Shown piece by piece: positions 18,030 through 28,451 of a stretch of DNA of 64,000 bases. Within the stretch, counting starts at the first letter, position 1, and every line of letters begins with the position of its first letter. Origin of the DNA: an uncultured bacterium (GTDB lineage: Bacteria; Zixibacteria; MSB-5A5; UBA10806); the NCBI GenBank assembly GCA_965541585.1, contig CBEUCH010000005.1:128001-192000 (forward strand), written 5' to 3'. The translations under genes and the position numbers were made by a program. The notes beneath the pieces were generated by a model. The model was not told where the DNA came from. It was given only the letters and a program-made list of their open reading frames with translations, and did not search any database.

Positions 18030-19087
18030 ACCTCTTTTCCTTTCTCGAAATCCTCCAGGGCGATCCGGGCAATTCGGTTTAGAAGCTCCGGAAAATCTAT
18101 ACCGGCGGCTTTTGCTGCCTTCGGCACGAGCGAGGTTTGAGTCATGCCCGGAAGGGTGTTTGCCTCCAGAAAATAAAATTCACCCTCGGAGGACATTCTG
18201 AAATCTATCCGGGCGTAACCTCTGCATCCAAGCGCCTTAAAAGCAGACATTCCCAGTTTCTGAATATTCTTCGTTTCCTCCTCCGTAATGGGCGCTGGCA
18301 CAATCTTATCGGTCAAACCGGGGGTGTATTTGTGATGGTAATCGTAAAAACCATCTTTGGGTTTGACCTCGGCCACCGGCAAGATCTCGTTGCCCAGTAT
18401 GCTGACGGTCAGCTCTCGTCCCGGAATGAATCTTTCAAATAAAACCTTGTTGGAATATTCGGCTGCCAGACGAGCTTTTTCAAAAAGCTGATCGGGCGAT
18501 TGAACAATATCCAATCCGACCGATGAGCCCTGGTCATTAGGCTTGACTACAACGGGAAAACCAACGCTTTCCTTGACCGCCCTGATAAGTTCGTCTTCGT
18601 CGGTCAGGCTTTCTGAATCTCTTACCATCCAATCCGGGGTCTGGATTCCGGATGCAGAGGCTACCTTCTTGGCGGCCTGCTTATCCATGGAAATTGCGGA
18701 TGCCGCAACGCCGGAGCCGGTGTAGGGTATCTTCAAGAGGTCCAGGAGAGCCTGGATAGTACCATTCTCGCCCACACCACCGTGGAGTGCGATAAAAACC
18801 AGATTCACCCGTCGCAGATCCGGAGAACTGACTGTTTGAATAGTGGTTTCGCCTTTGTAGGTTGAGAGCACTTTCGAATCGGGCGGCTTCTCTTTTATCA
18901 GCGGAGTTTTTTTAGCCTCCGGACCCGAAAGCTGCCCTGCGCCCAGGGCGGTATCGACTCCTATCGCCTCATGACCAGCTTCACGAAGCCCGGCTATGAC
19001 GCCTGCGCCGGTCGCCAGTGATACGTCCCGTTCGGCCGACTCGCCCCCCATCAGGACCGCTATTCTCAGCTTTTTCTTTTCCGCCAT
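18026..19087 (-). CDS. ddl: D-alanine--D-alanine ligase
   Basis: GGESAERDVSL, LHGGVGENGTIQ, GSSVG, YDYHHKY, LEANTLPGMT. Confidence 0.95.
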   Translation of the reverse strand: MAEKKKLRIAVLMGGESAERDVSLATGAGVIAGLREAGHEAIGVDTALGAGQLSGPEAKKTPLIKEKPPDSKVLSTYKGETTIQTVSSPDLRRVNLVFIALHGGVGENGTIQALLDLLKIPYTGSGVAASAISMDKQAAKKVASASGIQTPDWMVRDSESLTDEDELIRAVKESVGFPVVVKPNDQGSSVGLDIVQSPDQLFEKARLAAEYSNKVLFERFIPGRELTVSILGNEILPVAEVKPKDGFYDYHHKYTPGLTDKIVPAPITEEETKNIQKLGMSAFKALGCRGYARIDFRMSSEGEFYFLEANTLPGMTQTSLVPKAAKAAGIDFPELLNRIARIALEDFEKGKEV

Positions 19088-19674
19088 ACCCTCGATACTA
19101 CCAGTGCCAGGATTACTGCTGCCCCTGAGATAAAAAGAAGGTAAGTATATTTTCTTACGATGTCCATGATCATCTCCCAGTTCGATTTACTGGCGATCAT
19201 AAGCCCCAGTAGAATTCCATTCCAGAGGAGAAAACTGATAAGCGATAATCCCACCATCCGGGATGGTCTGACATCGCCTATACCCGCTGCGATTGCAACC
19301 GCCGATCTCACCCCGGCCAGAAACCTTGAAACGATAAGTAACGAATTCCCGTATCTTTGGAATAGCGCTTCTACCCTCTCTAAAGCGGCCTTTCCAATAT
19401 ATTTGCTGTTTCTCCTTTCAAAAAATCTTCGCCCCTTCGACCTTCCCAGATAATATAATACCAGCATGCCCAGAAGACCGCCGGATGTTGTAGAGACCAG
19501 AACCCCGATATAGCCGATATTCCCCTCGCCTGCAACGAACGCCCCCGCCAGAGTCACCATGTCTCCGGGGAATGGTGGAAACAGGTTTTCTATAAAAGCG
19601 CTCATCAACAGTATGCCATAAATGACAAACCCATTCTGAAACCGAATAAACTCTAAAACCTGATCGAAACTCAT
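19066..19674 (-). CDS. DedA family membrane protein
   Basis: IENLFPPFPGD, SRFLAGVR and several TM helices. Confidence 0.9.
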   Translation of the reverse strand: MSFDQVLEFIRFQNGFVIYGILLMSAFIENLFPPFPGDMVTLAGAFVAGEGNIGYIGVLVSTTSGGLLGMLVLYYLGRSKGRRFFERRNSKYIGKAALERVEALFQRYGNSLLIVSRFLAGVRSAVAIAAGIGDVRPSRMVGLSLISFLLWNGILLGLMIASKSNWEMIMDIVRKYTYLLFISGAAVILALVVSRVWRKRKS

Positions 19675-20150
19675 GTATACAACAGGACAACCGAAAAGGC
19701 GGCTATCCCTTCTCCCTTTCCGATAGCGCCGATTTTTTCATTAGTAGTCGCCTTGAGTGAAACATCACCCAATGAAATTCCGACTGCCTCCGTCACTCTG
19801 CGTTTCATTTCCGTGACGTATGGTGCCAGCCTGGGACTCTCAGCGATTATCGTAACATCAATATTGCCCACGGCGAAACCCTTTTCTTCAACCATGGCTC
19901 TGGTTTTTTTCAAAAGCTCGATTGAGTCAGCATCCTTGTAGGCGGGGTCATCATCAGGGAAATGTGATCCTATATCACCCAGAGACGCGGCCCCCAGAAG
20001 TGCATCGATAATTGCATGAGACACTACATCGGCATCGGAGTGCCCGTCGAGGCCGAGATCGAAAGGTATCTCGATTCCACCCAGGACGAGCCTTCGTCCG
20101 GCCACCAGCCTGTGAATATCGTAACCGAGTCCTATTCTGAATTTGCTCAA
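19671..20150 (-). CDS. ispF: 2-C-methyl-D-erythritol 2,4-cyclodiphosphate synthase
   Basis: RIGLGYDIH, GHSDADV..HAIIDALLGA, KATTNEK. Confidence 0.97.
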   Translation of the reverse strand: MSKFRIGLGYDIHRLVAGRRLVLGGIEIPFDLGLDGHSDADVVSHAIIDALLGAASLGDIGSHFPDDDPAYKDADSIELLKKTRAMVEEKGFAVGNIDVTIIAESPRLAPYVTEMKRRVTEAVGISLGDVSLKATTNEKIGAIGKGEGIAAFSVVLLYT

Positions 20151-20842
20151 GCAGAACCTTTCAACAACTCCGCAGCCAGGATTAAATCGCCGGGCGTGGT
20201 AATTTTTATATTGTTATAGCTGCCATGGATTACCGATACACGACCGCAATACTGTTCATAAAGCTCCGAGTCATCGGTGGCCTCATTTCCGGCGGCCTCG
20301 GCCCGCTTGTGAGCATCAAGAATCTTTTCGAACCTGAAGACCTGTGGCGTTTGCGCGATCCATATTGTATCTCGCATCAGAGTCCTCACGACGGATTCAC
20401 CCTCGACCAGTTTGACGCTCTCCGTGGAGGGCACCGCCAGTATTGCTCCGTCTGTTTGGTCTGCTTTTTCCATCGTCTTACTTAGAAGATCCATAGTTAA
20501 AAGCGGGCGGACGGCATCATGGATAACCACCAGATCCACCCCCGGCTGGCAGGCAGAAAGTCCGGCCAGCACAGATTCCTGTCGATTCTCGCCGCCGGTG
20601 GTGAGTTTGTTGATTTTTTTTAACCTGTACCTGTCCATAATCTCCTGCGAGGCATATACAAGATAATCCTCAGCTACCACAAGCACTACCTCGTCGATCA
20701 GGCTACAGCGCTCGAAGAGTTCAAGACTATACACCACTATTGGCTTCCCCAGGAGATCTGCAAATTGTTTGGAGAGTTCTCCTCCGAAACGGCTGCCACC
20801 ACCCGCTGCAACTACCAGGGCTGTATTTCGACGAGTCTTCAT
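20147..20842 (-). CDS. ispD: 2-C-methyl-D-erythritol 4-phosphate cytidylyltransferase
   Basis: AAGGGSRFG...KQF, RQESV, IHDAVRP, QTPQVF, TDDS, NIKITTP.DL. Confidence 0.95.
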   Translation of the reverse strand: MKTRRNTALVVAAGGGSRFGGELSKQFADLLGKPIVVYSLELFERCSLIDEVVLVVAEDYLVYASQEIMDRYRLKKINKLTTGGENRQESVLAGLSACQPGVDLVVIHDAVRPLLTMDLLSKTMEKADQTDGAILAVPSTESVKLVEGESVVRTLMRDTIWIAQTPQVFRFEKILDAHKRAEAAGNEATDDSELYEQYCGRVSVIHGSYNNIKITTPGDLILAAELLKGSA

Positions 20843-21879
20843 AGTATCAACATGGCATCGCCATAGCTATAGAAACGATAGCCGGCAGTGATCGCTTCCC
20901 TGTAAGCGGCCAATACCTGCTCTCTTCCTGCCAGGGCGGATACCAGAAGCAACAGGGTCGATTTGGGAAGATGAAAATTGGTCAAGAGGCCGTCAATGAC
21001 TCTAAATTCATAGGGCGGTTTTATGAAAAGATCCGTTTTACGCCAATCGCAGGCGTTGATTCTGCCATTTGAACCGCACGACGATTCAAGCGCCCGGGCA
21101 GTTGTGGTGCCGACGGCAATCACCCGCCGGCCCTCCTCTCTGGCCAGATTTATCATCCGGGCGGTTTGGGCAGGGATTGTGTATTTCTCCGGATGCATCC
21201 TGTGCTGGCTGATATCCGTTTTTGTAATCGGCCTGAAAGTTCCCAGCCCCGGATGCAATGTCAACCTGGCGGTTTCTGCGCCTCTTGATTTGATTCCATC
21301 GAATACCGCTTTCGTAAAATGAAATCCTGCCGTTGGCGCTGCAACGGCGCCCACCTCTTCCGCATATATTGTCTGATAGCGAGCCTTATCCTCCTCCTCC
21401 GCGGAGCGGTCTATATATGGCGGTAAAGGAACCTCGCCGCACTCCCAGATTATGGACATCAGATCGCCGTTAGTTTGGAAATAAACTATTCGTCCACCGC
21501 TCTTTGTTCTCTCTCCGAGCGTGGCCGAAAGCCTGTCTTCAAAAAAGACTACTTCGGTTCCGGGCGGAAGACGTCTGCCTGGCCGAACCAGCGCCTCCCA
21601 TGAGCCGTCATCGAAATTCTCCAGCAGGAAAATTTCCACCTTGCCTCCGGATTTTCTTTTCCTTCCATACAGGCGGGCCGGGAATACCCTGGAATTGTTC
21701 AATATCAGAAGATCGCCCGGACGAAGATATTCGGCGAAATCGGTAAATTTCCTATGCTCCGGTTTTTCATCACTTTTTGACAGAAATAAAAGCCTGGAGC
21801 TGTCCCTCGGTTCTGCCGGATAAAGCGCAATCATCCCCTCCGGAAGGTCGTAATCGTATAGGCTGATATCGAGTGTCAT
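20839..21879 (-). CDS. queA: S-adenosylmethionine:tRNA ribosyltransferase-isomerase
   Basis: PLPPYI, RYQTIYA, AAPTAGFHF, AVGTT, TNFHLPKSTL, YRFYSYGDAM. Confidence 0.97.
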   Translation of the reverse strand: MTLDISLYDYDLPEGMIALYPAEPRDSSRLLFLSKSDEKPEHRKFTDFAEYLRPGDLLILNNSRVFPARLYGRKRKSGGKVEIFLLENFDDGSWEALVRPGRRLPPGTEVVFFEDRLSATLGERTKSGGRIVYFQTNGDLMSIIWECGEVPLPPYIDRSAEEEDKARYQTIYAEEVGAVAAPTAGFHFTKAVFDGIKSRGAETARLTLHPGLGTFRPITKTDISQHRMHPEKYTIPAQTARMINLAREEGRRVIAVGTTTARALESSCGSNGRINACDWRKTDLFIKPPYEFRVIDGLLTNFHLPKSTLLLLVSALAGREQVLAAYREAITAGYRFYSYGDAMLIL

Positions 21880-22103
21880 TTTTTTAAATGGCCGAGCGAG
21901 TAAAAAACGATCGAAAGAACGATGCTGATAAGAATCGATGTGGCGATGGGGAAATAAAATGTAACGTTTTTTCTTTTCACTACAATATCGCCCGGAAGCC
22001 TGCCAAGCAATGGAATCTTATCGGAGACAAGCAGAATAAAACCCAGAATAACGAATGCGGCTCCGGCTATTACCAGCAATTTGCCGAGATAATTCAGATT
22101 CAC
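21876..22103 (-). CDS. DUF2905 family small membrane protein
   Basis: LGRLPGDI.....TFYFPI.TSILISIVLS; usual position between ruvB and queA. Confidence 0.85.
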   Translation of the reverse strand: MNLNYLGKLLVIAGAAFVILGFILLVSDKIPLLGRLPGDIVVKRKNVTFYFPIATSILISIVLSIVFYSLGHLKK

Positions 22104-23122
22104 AGCAGATCCTTCTGCATGCCGCCTTTTTTCTTCAGGTTTAGATGAGTGAACGCTGCATCACCCACCACGCGGCCGTTTCTCGTTCGCTTGACGAAGC
22201 CGATCTTCAATAGATAAGGTTCCACCATCTCCTCCAGTGTTCCCGACTCCTCGTTCAATGCCGCCGCGATCGACTCGATACCCACAGGTCCGCCATTGTA
22301 GTAATCGACGATGGTGGTGATAAGCCGCCTGTCGAGATCGTCCAGCCCGGCGGAGTCGATTCCCTCCATTTCAAAAGACTTATTGACCGAAGGCAGGTCG
22401 ATTTGTGCAATGCCATTCACCTGACAGTAGTCGCGAACTCTGCGAAGCAGCCGGTTGGCTACGCGAGGCGTGCCCCGGCTCCGGCCGGCGACCTCAACGG
22501 CCGCCTCATCCACTATTTTTATATCCAGAATGCCGGCGGTGCGTTTCACAATTTCGGCCAGTTCGGCTGGTGGATAGAAACCAAGATGGTGGACGATTCC
22601 GAATCTATCGCGAAGAGGCGAGGAAATCAACCCCGCCCTGGTAGTTGCGCCAACTAAAGTGAACTTCTTCAATGGAACGTTGATGACCCGTGCGAACGCC
22701 CCCTTGTCAACAACGAAATCGACTTTGAAATCCTCCATGGCCGGATAGATAAACTCCTCCACCGACGGCGCCAGCCTGTGGATCTCGTCTATGAGCAGAA
22801 CATCGCCTTGCTCCAGATTGGTCAATATGCCCATAAGGTCGCCGGTCCGTTGCAGAGTCGGCCCCGATGATACGATCAACCTGGTTCCCATCTCCTCGGC
22901 CAGGATATGGGCCAGAGTAGTCTTGCCGAGGCCGGGAGGACCATATATCAGCATATGTTCGTGCGGCTCGGCGCGCTCGAGGGCCGCCTGCAGAGAAACG
23001 ATTAGCTTCTCAACCAGCTTCTTTTGCCCGATATACTCCGCCAGACGCCTGGGTCGCAATCCGGCAATATACTTTTCTTCTTCCTCGGAGTATCGTCCCG
23101 GGGTCACGATTCTCTCTCTCAT
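22100..23122 (-). CDS. ruvB: Holliday junction branch migration helicase RuvB
   Basis: LRP..L.EYIGQ, GPPGLGKTTLA, IDEIHRL, GATTRAG, SRGTPRVANRLL. Start taken at MRERIV. Confidence 0.97.
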   Translation of the reverse strand: MRERIVTPGRYSEEEEKYIAGLRPRRLAEYIGQKKLVEKLIVSLQAALERAEPHEHMLIYGPPGLGKTTLAHILAEEMGTRLIVSSGPTLQRTGDLMGILTNLEQGDVLLIDEIHRLAPSVEEFIYPAMEDFKVDFVVDKGAFARVINVPLKKFTLVGATTRAGLISSPLRDRFGIVHHLGFYPPAELAEIVKRTAGILDIKIVDEAAVEVAGRSRGTPRVANRLLRRVRDYCQVNGIAQIDLPSVNKSFEMEGIDSAGLDDLDRRLITTIVDYYNGGPVGIESIAAALNEESGTLEEMVEPYLLKIGFVKRTRNGRVVGDAAFTHLNLKKKGGMQKDLL

Positions 23123-23126
23123 CTGA

Positions 23127-23756
23127 CTATCCCGGAGCGGTCTGATTAAATATCTGCTGCAAGAGGTCCTCGGACGATTTAAAACGTTTGCCGGTGGACA
23201 GCGCGCGCTCAAGCATCGCCTGAGCTTCCGATTTCTTGTATTGAAGCTGGAGCAGGATCGCCATCACCTCTTCCGCATGGTCGGGTTTGGTTTCCGGCCT
23301 GGCCAGCGGTTTGCTTTCCTTTGCCAGTGCGAATCGAGCCGTTTTTCCTTTCAATTCGGCGATAATTTTCTCGGCCAGCCTGGGGCCGACACCGGGGAGC
23401 CTTTTCAAGGCCGAGACCTCCTCGGTCTCGATGGCCCTGGCAATCTCATTTATCGGTATCGTTAACGACTTTAGAGCTTTCTTGATCCCCAGCCCGGAGA
23501 CAGAGGTGTATAGGCTGAAAAATTCTTTGTCGATGGCCTCCGCAAATCCCACCAGGCGAGGATATTGATTTCCCACCTGCCCCCCCTCGATATAATCGAG
23601 AGTGTAAAATTCTATCTCAGATCCTTTAGCACCATTTCTTTTCAGGGAGTCAACAAGCGCGGACGGAAGCATGATTTCATAGAATAAGCCACCCACATCA
23701 ACCGACGCCGAAGAGTCTCCGACCTTATCGAGCATCCCTCGAATCTTCGCTATCAT
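23127..23756 (-). CDS. ruvA: Holliday junction DNA-binding protein RuvA
   Basis: MIAKIRG, VSGLG.K.A, LPGVGPRLAEKIIAELKGK. Confidence 0.93.
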   Translation of the reverse strand: MIAKIRGMLDKVGDSSASVDVGGLFYEIMLPSALVDSLKRNGAKGSEIEFYTLDYIEGGQVGNQYPRLVGFAEAIDKEFFSLYTSVSGLGIKKALKSLTIPINEIARAIETEEVSALKRLPGVGPRLAEKIIAELKGKTARFALAKESKPLARPETKPDHAEEVMAILLQLQYKKSEAQAMLERALSTGKRFKSSEDLLQQIFNQTAPG

Positions 23757-24232
23757 CTCGAAGCCTCGATATGGCACAGCGCGGTGGCGATGGCGTCCGC
23801 AACGTCCGGCGGCTTCGGAATTGAATTTAAGCGTAAGACGCTTCTGACCGATCTTTGCATCTGCAGCTTTGACGCCCTTCCACTTCCGGTAAGCGATTTC
23901 TTAATACGAGTGGCGGCATAACTCTCTACCGGTATCCGATGATTGGCGGCACATAAGAATATCATGCCTCTGGCATGGCCCATATTTACGGCCGTCTGGG
24001 GATGTTTATAATGCGAGTACAGCTTTTCGACAGCCACGGCGTTCGGCTTGAATTCAGAGATTATCTCTTCAAGGCCGTCATAGATGGTCTTGAGCCGCAT
24101 TTCGAAAGTGTCTTCGCTCTTAGTCTTCAAAACACCGGCTTCCCTGACCTCGGGACCGTTGCCGTCCAGAGATACAATCGCATAACCTGTAACTCGCAAT
24201 CCGGGATCTATACCGAGAACGGTCAGGGCCAT
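23753..24232 (-). CDS. ruvC: Crossover junction endodeoxyribonuclease RuvC
   Basis: LGIDPG..TGY, AVE, HARG, G.ASK.QM, DVADAIA.ALCH. Confidence 0.95.
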   Translation of the reverse strand: MALTVLGIDPGLRVTGYAIVSLDGNGPEVREAGVLKTKSEDTFEMRLKTIYDGLEEIISEFKPNAVAVEKLYSHYKHPQTAVNMGHARGMIFLCAANHRIPVESYAATRIKKSLTGSGRASKLQMQRSVRSVLRLNSIPKPPDVADAIATALCHIEASR

Positions 24233-24985
24233 CTAACCCTCTGAGAATTTTTCCATTACGGAATCATCAATATCGAAATTAGCGTAGACATGGACCACGT
24301 CGTCGTGGTCCTCGAGGGACTCATAGAGCCTCAGCATCTGTTCGGCCTGCTTGCCATCGAGTTTGATGGTGTTCTGCGGGATCATTGCCGGTTCTACCGA
24401 TGCGATCTCGATATTGCGGTTTTCAAGCTCCGACCGCACTGATTCGAGATCGGAGAAATCAGTGTAAATTTCGTATAAATCATTGGACGATTGCACATCA
24501 ATAGCGCCGGCGTCGAGAGCTTTCTCCATCAATTCGTCTTCGTCGATCCTGTTTTTATCAACCGTAATATATCCCTTACGATTAAACATCCACCCAACGC
24601 AGCCAACCTCCCCCAGAGAGCCATTATGTTTCGTGAGGATATGGCGAACCTCCGCCACTGTCCGTTTTTTATTATCTGTAAGGACTTCAACCAGAATGGC
24701 TACTCCACCCGGGCCGTACCCCTCATAAGAAAATTCCTCATAGCGGACACCCTCGAGCTCACCGGTCCCTTTTAGAATCGCCCTCTTAATGTTATCAGCC
24801 GGCATATTGCCCGCCCTGGCGGCGGCCACGGCGGTTCTAAGCTTGGGATTGGCCTCAAGATCACCGCCTCCTTCCCGGGCAGCCACCGTAATTTCACGGA
24901 TCAACTTGGTGAAGATCCTACCCCGTTCTGCATCCGCCTTGCCTTTTTTCCTCTTTATAGTTGACCATTTGGAATGGCCGGACAT
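24233..24985 (-). CDS. yebC: YebC/PmpR family protein
   Basis: [42 protein letters not shown]. Confidence 0.95.
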   Translation of the reverse strand: MSGHSKWSTIKRKKGKADAERGRIFTKLIREITVAAREGGGDLEANPKLRTAVAAARAGNMPADNIKRAILKGTGELEGVRYEEFSYEGYGPGGVAILVEVLTDNKKRTVAEVRHILTKHNGSLGEVGCVGWMFNRKGYITVDKNRIDEDELMEKALDAGAIDVQSSNDLYEIYTDFSDLESVRSELENRNIEIASVEPAMIPQNTIKLDGKQAEQMLRLYESLEDHDDVVHVYANFDIDDSVMEKFSEG

Positions 24986-25116
24986 AACTCCTCCTGTCAC
25001 TTATTACAAAAATGCCTCAACCAATTATACTAACACAACAACTATGTTATTGCAATATGTTTCTAATCGATAGAATCATAGTCTATTGCAGAAACTGGGG
25101 CGCAAAAACATAATAT

Positions 25117-25148
25117 AAAAAAGGGCCCCCGCTTCCACGGGGACCCTG
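25117..25148 (-). terminator. Intrinsic terminator after fusA2
   Basis: Minus strand AGGGTCCCCG-TGGAAG-CGGGGGCCCT followed by TTTTT. Confidence 0.8.
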
Positions 25149-25168
25149 AAAAAGACGGATTTGCAATT

Positions 25169-27256
25169 CTATTTTTCTTCTTCCTTCGCCTTCTTGGCGT
25201 CCTCGATCACCTTGGCGGCAATTTCACGGGGTACTTCCTCATAACAGGAGAATTCCCTGGTGTGGATACCCCTTCCCTGGGTTAAGGAACGCAGGGAGGT
25301 GGAGTATTTGTATAGCTCCGCCAGCGGCACCTGGGCCCTGATCTTCTGATTTTTGCCATCGGGGTCCATACCCATGATCTTGCCGCGACGAGCCGATATA
25401 TCTCCCATCACATCGCCCATATGATCTTCCGGCACAAGTACCTCGATAATATAAATCGGCTCCAGAAGGTATGGTCCAGCCTTTAAGAAACCGTCCTTGA
25501 AAGCCATGGAGGCGGCGATCTTGAAAGCCATATCGGATGAATCGACATTGTGGAACGAACCATCGTAGACCGTAACTTTGATATCGACAACGCGGCTGCC
25601 GGAAAGACCTCCGGAAAGCCTCGCTTCCTGGATGCCTTTTTCGACCGACGGTATATATTTGGTGGGGATTACCCCACCCGCGATGGCATTGACAAACTCG
25701 AAATCCGCGCCTTTCGGCATAGGCTCGAGTTTGAGCCAGCAGTCTCCGTATTGCCCACGCCCTCCGGTCTGCTTTTTGTATTTGCCCTGAACTTCGACCT
25801 TACTCTTGATGGTCTCCCTGTACGGAACCCGGGGCTTTTCCAATTCGACCTCAACCCCGAATTTTCGTTTCAATCGATCGACGATGACCTCCAGATGCAG
25901 TTCTCCCTGGCCGGAAATTATGGTCTGTCTGATTTCGCCGTCGACAACTACCTTAATCGAGGGATCCTCCTCCTTCAAACGTGCTAGTCCGCTGGCAATT
26001 TTCTCCTCATCGCCTTTGGCCTTGGACCGGATAGACATCCTGATAACTGCTCCGGGCACCTCCGCCCGTTCGTACTGGATCGGGGTTTTCTTATCGCAGA
26101 GAGTATGACCGGTATGCGTCGATTTCAATTTCACCAGGGCGCCGATATCACCCGCGGTTAGCGTTCCAATTTCTTTCCGCTCCTTACCGTTCATCAGGAA
26201 AATCTGGCCGATCCGCTCGCCCGAACTGCTGATGACATTATGTAAGTCGTCTCCGCTAGATACCTTGCCGGAAAACACTTTAAAGAAGGAAAGCTCACCC
26301 ACGTGCGGTTCCGATATGGTTTTGAAAATGTACAACGAGGTCGGAGCGTCATGGGCAATTTTTCTCCGGACTATATCCTCCGTTCCCGGCTTAAAGCCGA
26401 TCTTCTCGCCGGCATAATCAGGAGAGGGCAGATAGTCAGCAGCGAAATCCAGAAACAGGGATATGCCCGAGATCTCGGTAGCCGCCCCGGCGAATATGGG
26501 GAAGATTTTAGCTTCGGCAATTCCTTTTGCCAGCCCTTGTTTGAGTTCGTCACCGGTCAATTCACCGGCATCGAAAAACTTCTCCAGAAGAGCATCGTCC
26601 GCCTCGGCAGCAGCCTCCACCAGTTTCTCGCGGTAAGATTCAGCCTCCGATTTATGATCTTCCGGTATGGGAGCCTCTGTGGCTTTTCCGGATTTATCAA
26701 ACGTAAACGCTTTTTGGCCTATGATATCGATTACACCTTTGTATGAAGTCCCTCCACCCCAGGACATGATTACCGGCACTGCTCGATCTCCATAATTCGA
26801 TTGAATCTGCCCTACCGTTTTGCCAAAATCGGCATGCTCTTTATCCATCCTGTTTACGAAAAAACCGCAGGGAAGGGAGCCCTTCGAGGCTGCGCGCCAG
26901 GCTATATCGGTTCCAACCTCGGGGCCTGCCACGCCGTTGACCACAATCAGTGCAAAATCCGAGGCGCTCAGACCGGAATACAACTCCCCGCAGAAATCAG
27001 CGTAACCGGGTATATCGATTAAGTTTATCTTGCAGCCTTTCCAATCCAGATTCGAGAGAGCCAGCCCGATGGAGATCTTTCTGGAGATCTCATCCTCCGT
27101 ATAATCCGAAATCGTAGAGCCGTCGTCTATAGTGCCCATGCGAGTCGTTACTTTGGCGCAAAAGAGCATGGCCTCGTTGAGGGAGGTTTTCCCGATGCTC
27201 CCATGTCCCGTCAGTCCGATATTCCTCAATTTATCTATCGAATATTCCTTCATCAT
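25169..27256 (-). CDS. fusA2: Elongation factor G paralog (EF-G2-like)
   Basis: Full EF-G architecture (GQGELHLE, KKQTGGRGQYG, DGSFH.VDSS) but divergent G motifs GHGSIGKT, RKISI and DIPGY; not in an str operon. Confidence 0.88.
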   Translation of the reverse strand: MMKEYSIDKLRNIGLTGHGSIGKTSLNEAMLFCAKVTTRMGTIDDGSTISDYTEDEISRKISIGLALSNLDWKGCKINLIDIPGYADFCGELYSGLSASDFALIVVNGVAGPEVGTDIAWRAASKGSLPCGFFVNRMDKEHADFGKTVGQIQSNYGDRAVPVIMSWGGGTSYKGVIDIIGQKAFTFDKSGKATEAPIPEDHKSEAESYREKLVEAAAEADDALLEKFFDAGELTGDELKQGLAKGIAEAKIFPIFAGAATEISGISLFLDFAADYLPSPDYAGEKIGFKPGTEDIVRRKIAHDAPTSLYIFKTISEPHVGELSFFKVFSGKVSSGDDLHNVISSSGERIGQIFLMNGKERKEIGTLTAGDIGALVKLKSTHTGHTLCDKKTPIQYERAEVPGAVIRMSIRSKAKGDEEKIASGLARLKEEDPSIKVVVDGEIRQTIISGQGELHLEVIVDRLKRKFGVEVELEKPRVPYRETIKSKVEVQGKYKKQTGGRGQYGDCWLKLEPMPKGADFEFVNAIAGGVIPTKYIPSVEKGIQEARLSGGLSGSRVVDIKVTVYDGSFHNVDSSDMAFKIAASMAFKDGFLKAGPYLLEPIYIIEVLVPEDHMGDVMGDISARRGKIMGMDPDGKNQKIRAQVPLAELYKYSTSLRSLTQGRGIHTREFSCYEEVPREIAAKVIEDAKKAKEEEK

Positions 27257-27286
27257 GCCTCCGTCATATTATTCAGACAAGCGCAC

Positions 27287-27315
27287 AAAATAAAGGGCGG
27301 AGTGCCTGATGTCAA
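27287..27315 (-). promoter_or_regulatory. Putative sigma70 promoter of fusA2
   Basis: TTGACA-17-TATTTT. Confidence 0.5.
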
Positions 27316-27408
27316 TATCAAATCGGATGTCCTAATATAACGTTCAGATCCCGGGGGAATCAAGCTGCAGCCACACCGGAATAATTCGTGGCGGCTTATC
27401 CGGCATAT

Positions 27409-27744
27409 TCATCCCGGCGGCCAGGTAAACCATCGCCCGCCCAATACATGAACATGAAGATGATCGACAGACTGGCCGGCATGCCGACGGCAGTTGACCA
27501 CCGTTCGAAATCCATCTTTCCCCAGACCCTTGCTTTCCGCTATCCGGGCCGCCGTATATAAGAGCTTCCCGAGTATGCTCTCGTCGCCGTCGAGCACCGT
27601 TTCTATATGTTTTTTGGGAATTACCAGAAAATGCACCGGCGCCTGAGGACTGATATCCTCAAATGCCATACAATTCTCGTCCTCGTGCAGAACTCGGGCG
27701 CTGAGTTCGCCGCCGGCGATTTTGCAGAAAATACAATCGCTCAT
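27409..27744 (-). CDS. hinT: Histidine triad nucleotide-binding protein (HinT)
   Basis: DCIFCKI, PQAPVHFLVIPK, HLHVHVLGGR..WPPG. Confidence 0.95.
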   Translation of the reverse strand: MSDCIFCKIAGGELSARVLHEDENCMAFEDISPQAPVHFLVIPKKHIETVLDGDESILGKLLYTAARIAESKGLGKDGFRTVVNCRRHAGQSVDHLHVHVLGGRWFTWPPG

Positions 27745-28451
27745 AGATCCCCGAGATGGTTGAGAACCAGAGTGGGGAATAAGACGCCGGCCGTCTCCGC
27801 GCGCAAACGGCGAGGCCCAAGCCTTACCGGCGAGAATCCAGCATCGATCACCGAAGATACCTCATCATCCGTAAAACCGCTTTCCGGTCCAACCAATAGC
27901 AACAATCTTTTAAGATCGTGAGATTTTCTAACCGCCTGTTCCATGGTTTTGGAAGATCTGTTCGAAATCGCTATAAGCGAGAGATCGAAATCGCCTTTAA
28001 TACCCAGGGTTTCGGCGAATGTTTTGAATTGCATAACCGACGGTATTACCGATCTTTTCGATTGCTTGGCGGCGGCCCTGACGATTTTTTTGAGGCGCGA
28101 GATTCTCCTCACAGACGATGAATCCCCCTTCATCTTTAAGTAGCTCTTTTCAGAATAATAGAATATGAACGATGCCACCCCGATTTCGGTGCCTTTCTCG
28201 ACTATGAAATCCATCCTGGACGGGCGGCAGATCCCCATGGCCAGAGTGATATTGTGAAACGGTTCGTTTTCCAGGCGAGTCACGTTCGAGATCAAACCCT
28301 TGACAGTGGAGCCGGAAACGGATTCGATAACAACTCGATATTTCAACCCGCTGCCGTCGATTGCATAAAACGAATCCCCGATCTTGGCACGCAATACCTT
28401 TTTCAAATGGTGGGCCTCGGTGCCGGCTAATACCAGCCGCTCATCGTTCAC
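27741..28451 (-). CDS. rsmE: 16S rRNA m3U1498 methyltransferase RsmE
   Basis: EAHHLKKVLR, IVEKGTEIG, AAKQS.R, VGPESGF, LGPRRLRAETA. Start uncertain (see findings). Confidence 0.93.
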   Translation of the reverse strand: MNDERLVLAGTEAHHLKKVLRAKIGDSFYAIDGSGLKYRVVIESVSGSTVKGLISNVTRLENEPFHNITLAMGICRPSRMDFIVEKGTEIGVASFIFYYSEKSYLKMKGDSSSVRRISRLKKIVRAAAKQSKRSVIPSVMQFKTFAETLGIKGDFDLSLIAISNRSSKTMEQAVRKSHDLKRLLLLVGPESGFTDDEVSSVIDAGFSPVRLGPRRLRAETAGVLFPTLVLNHLGDL

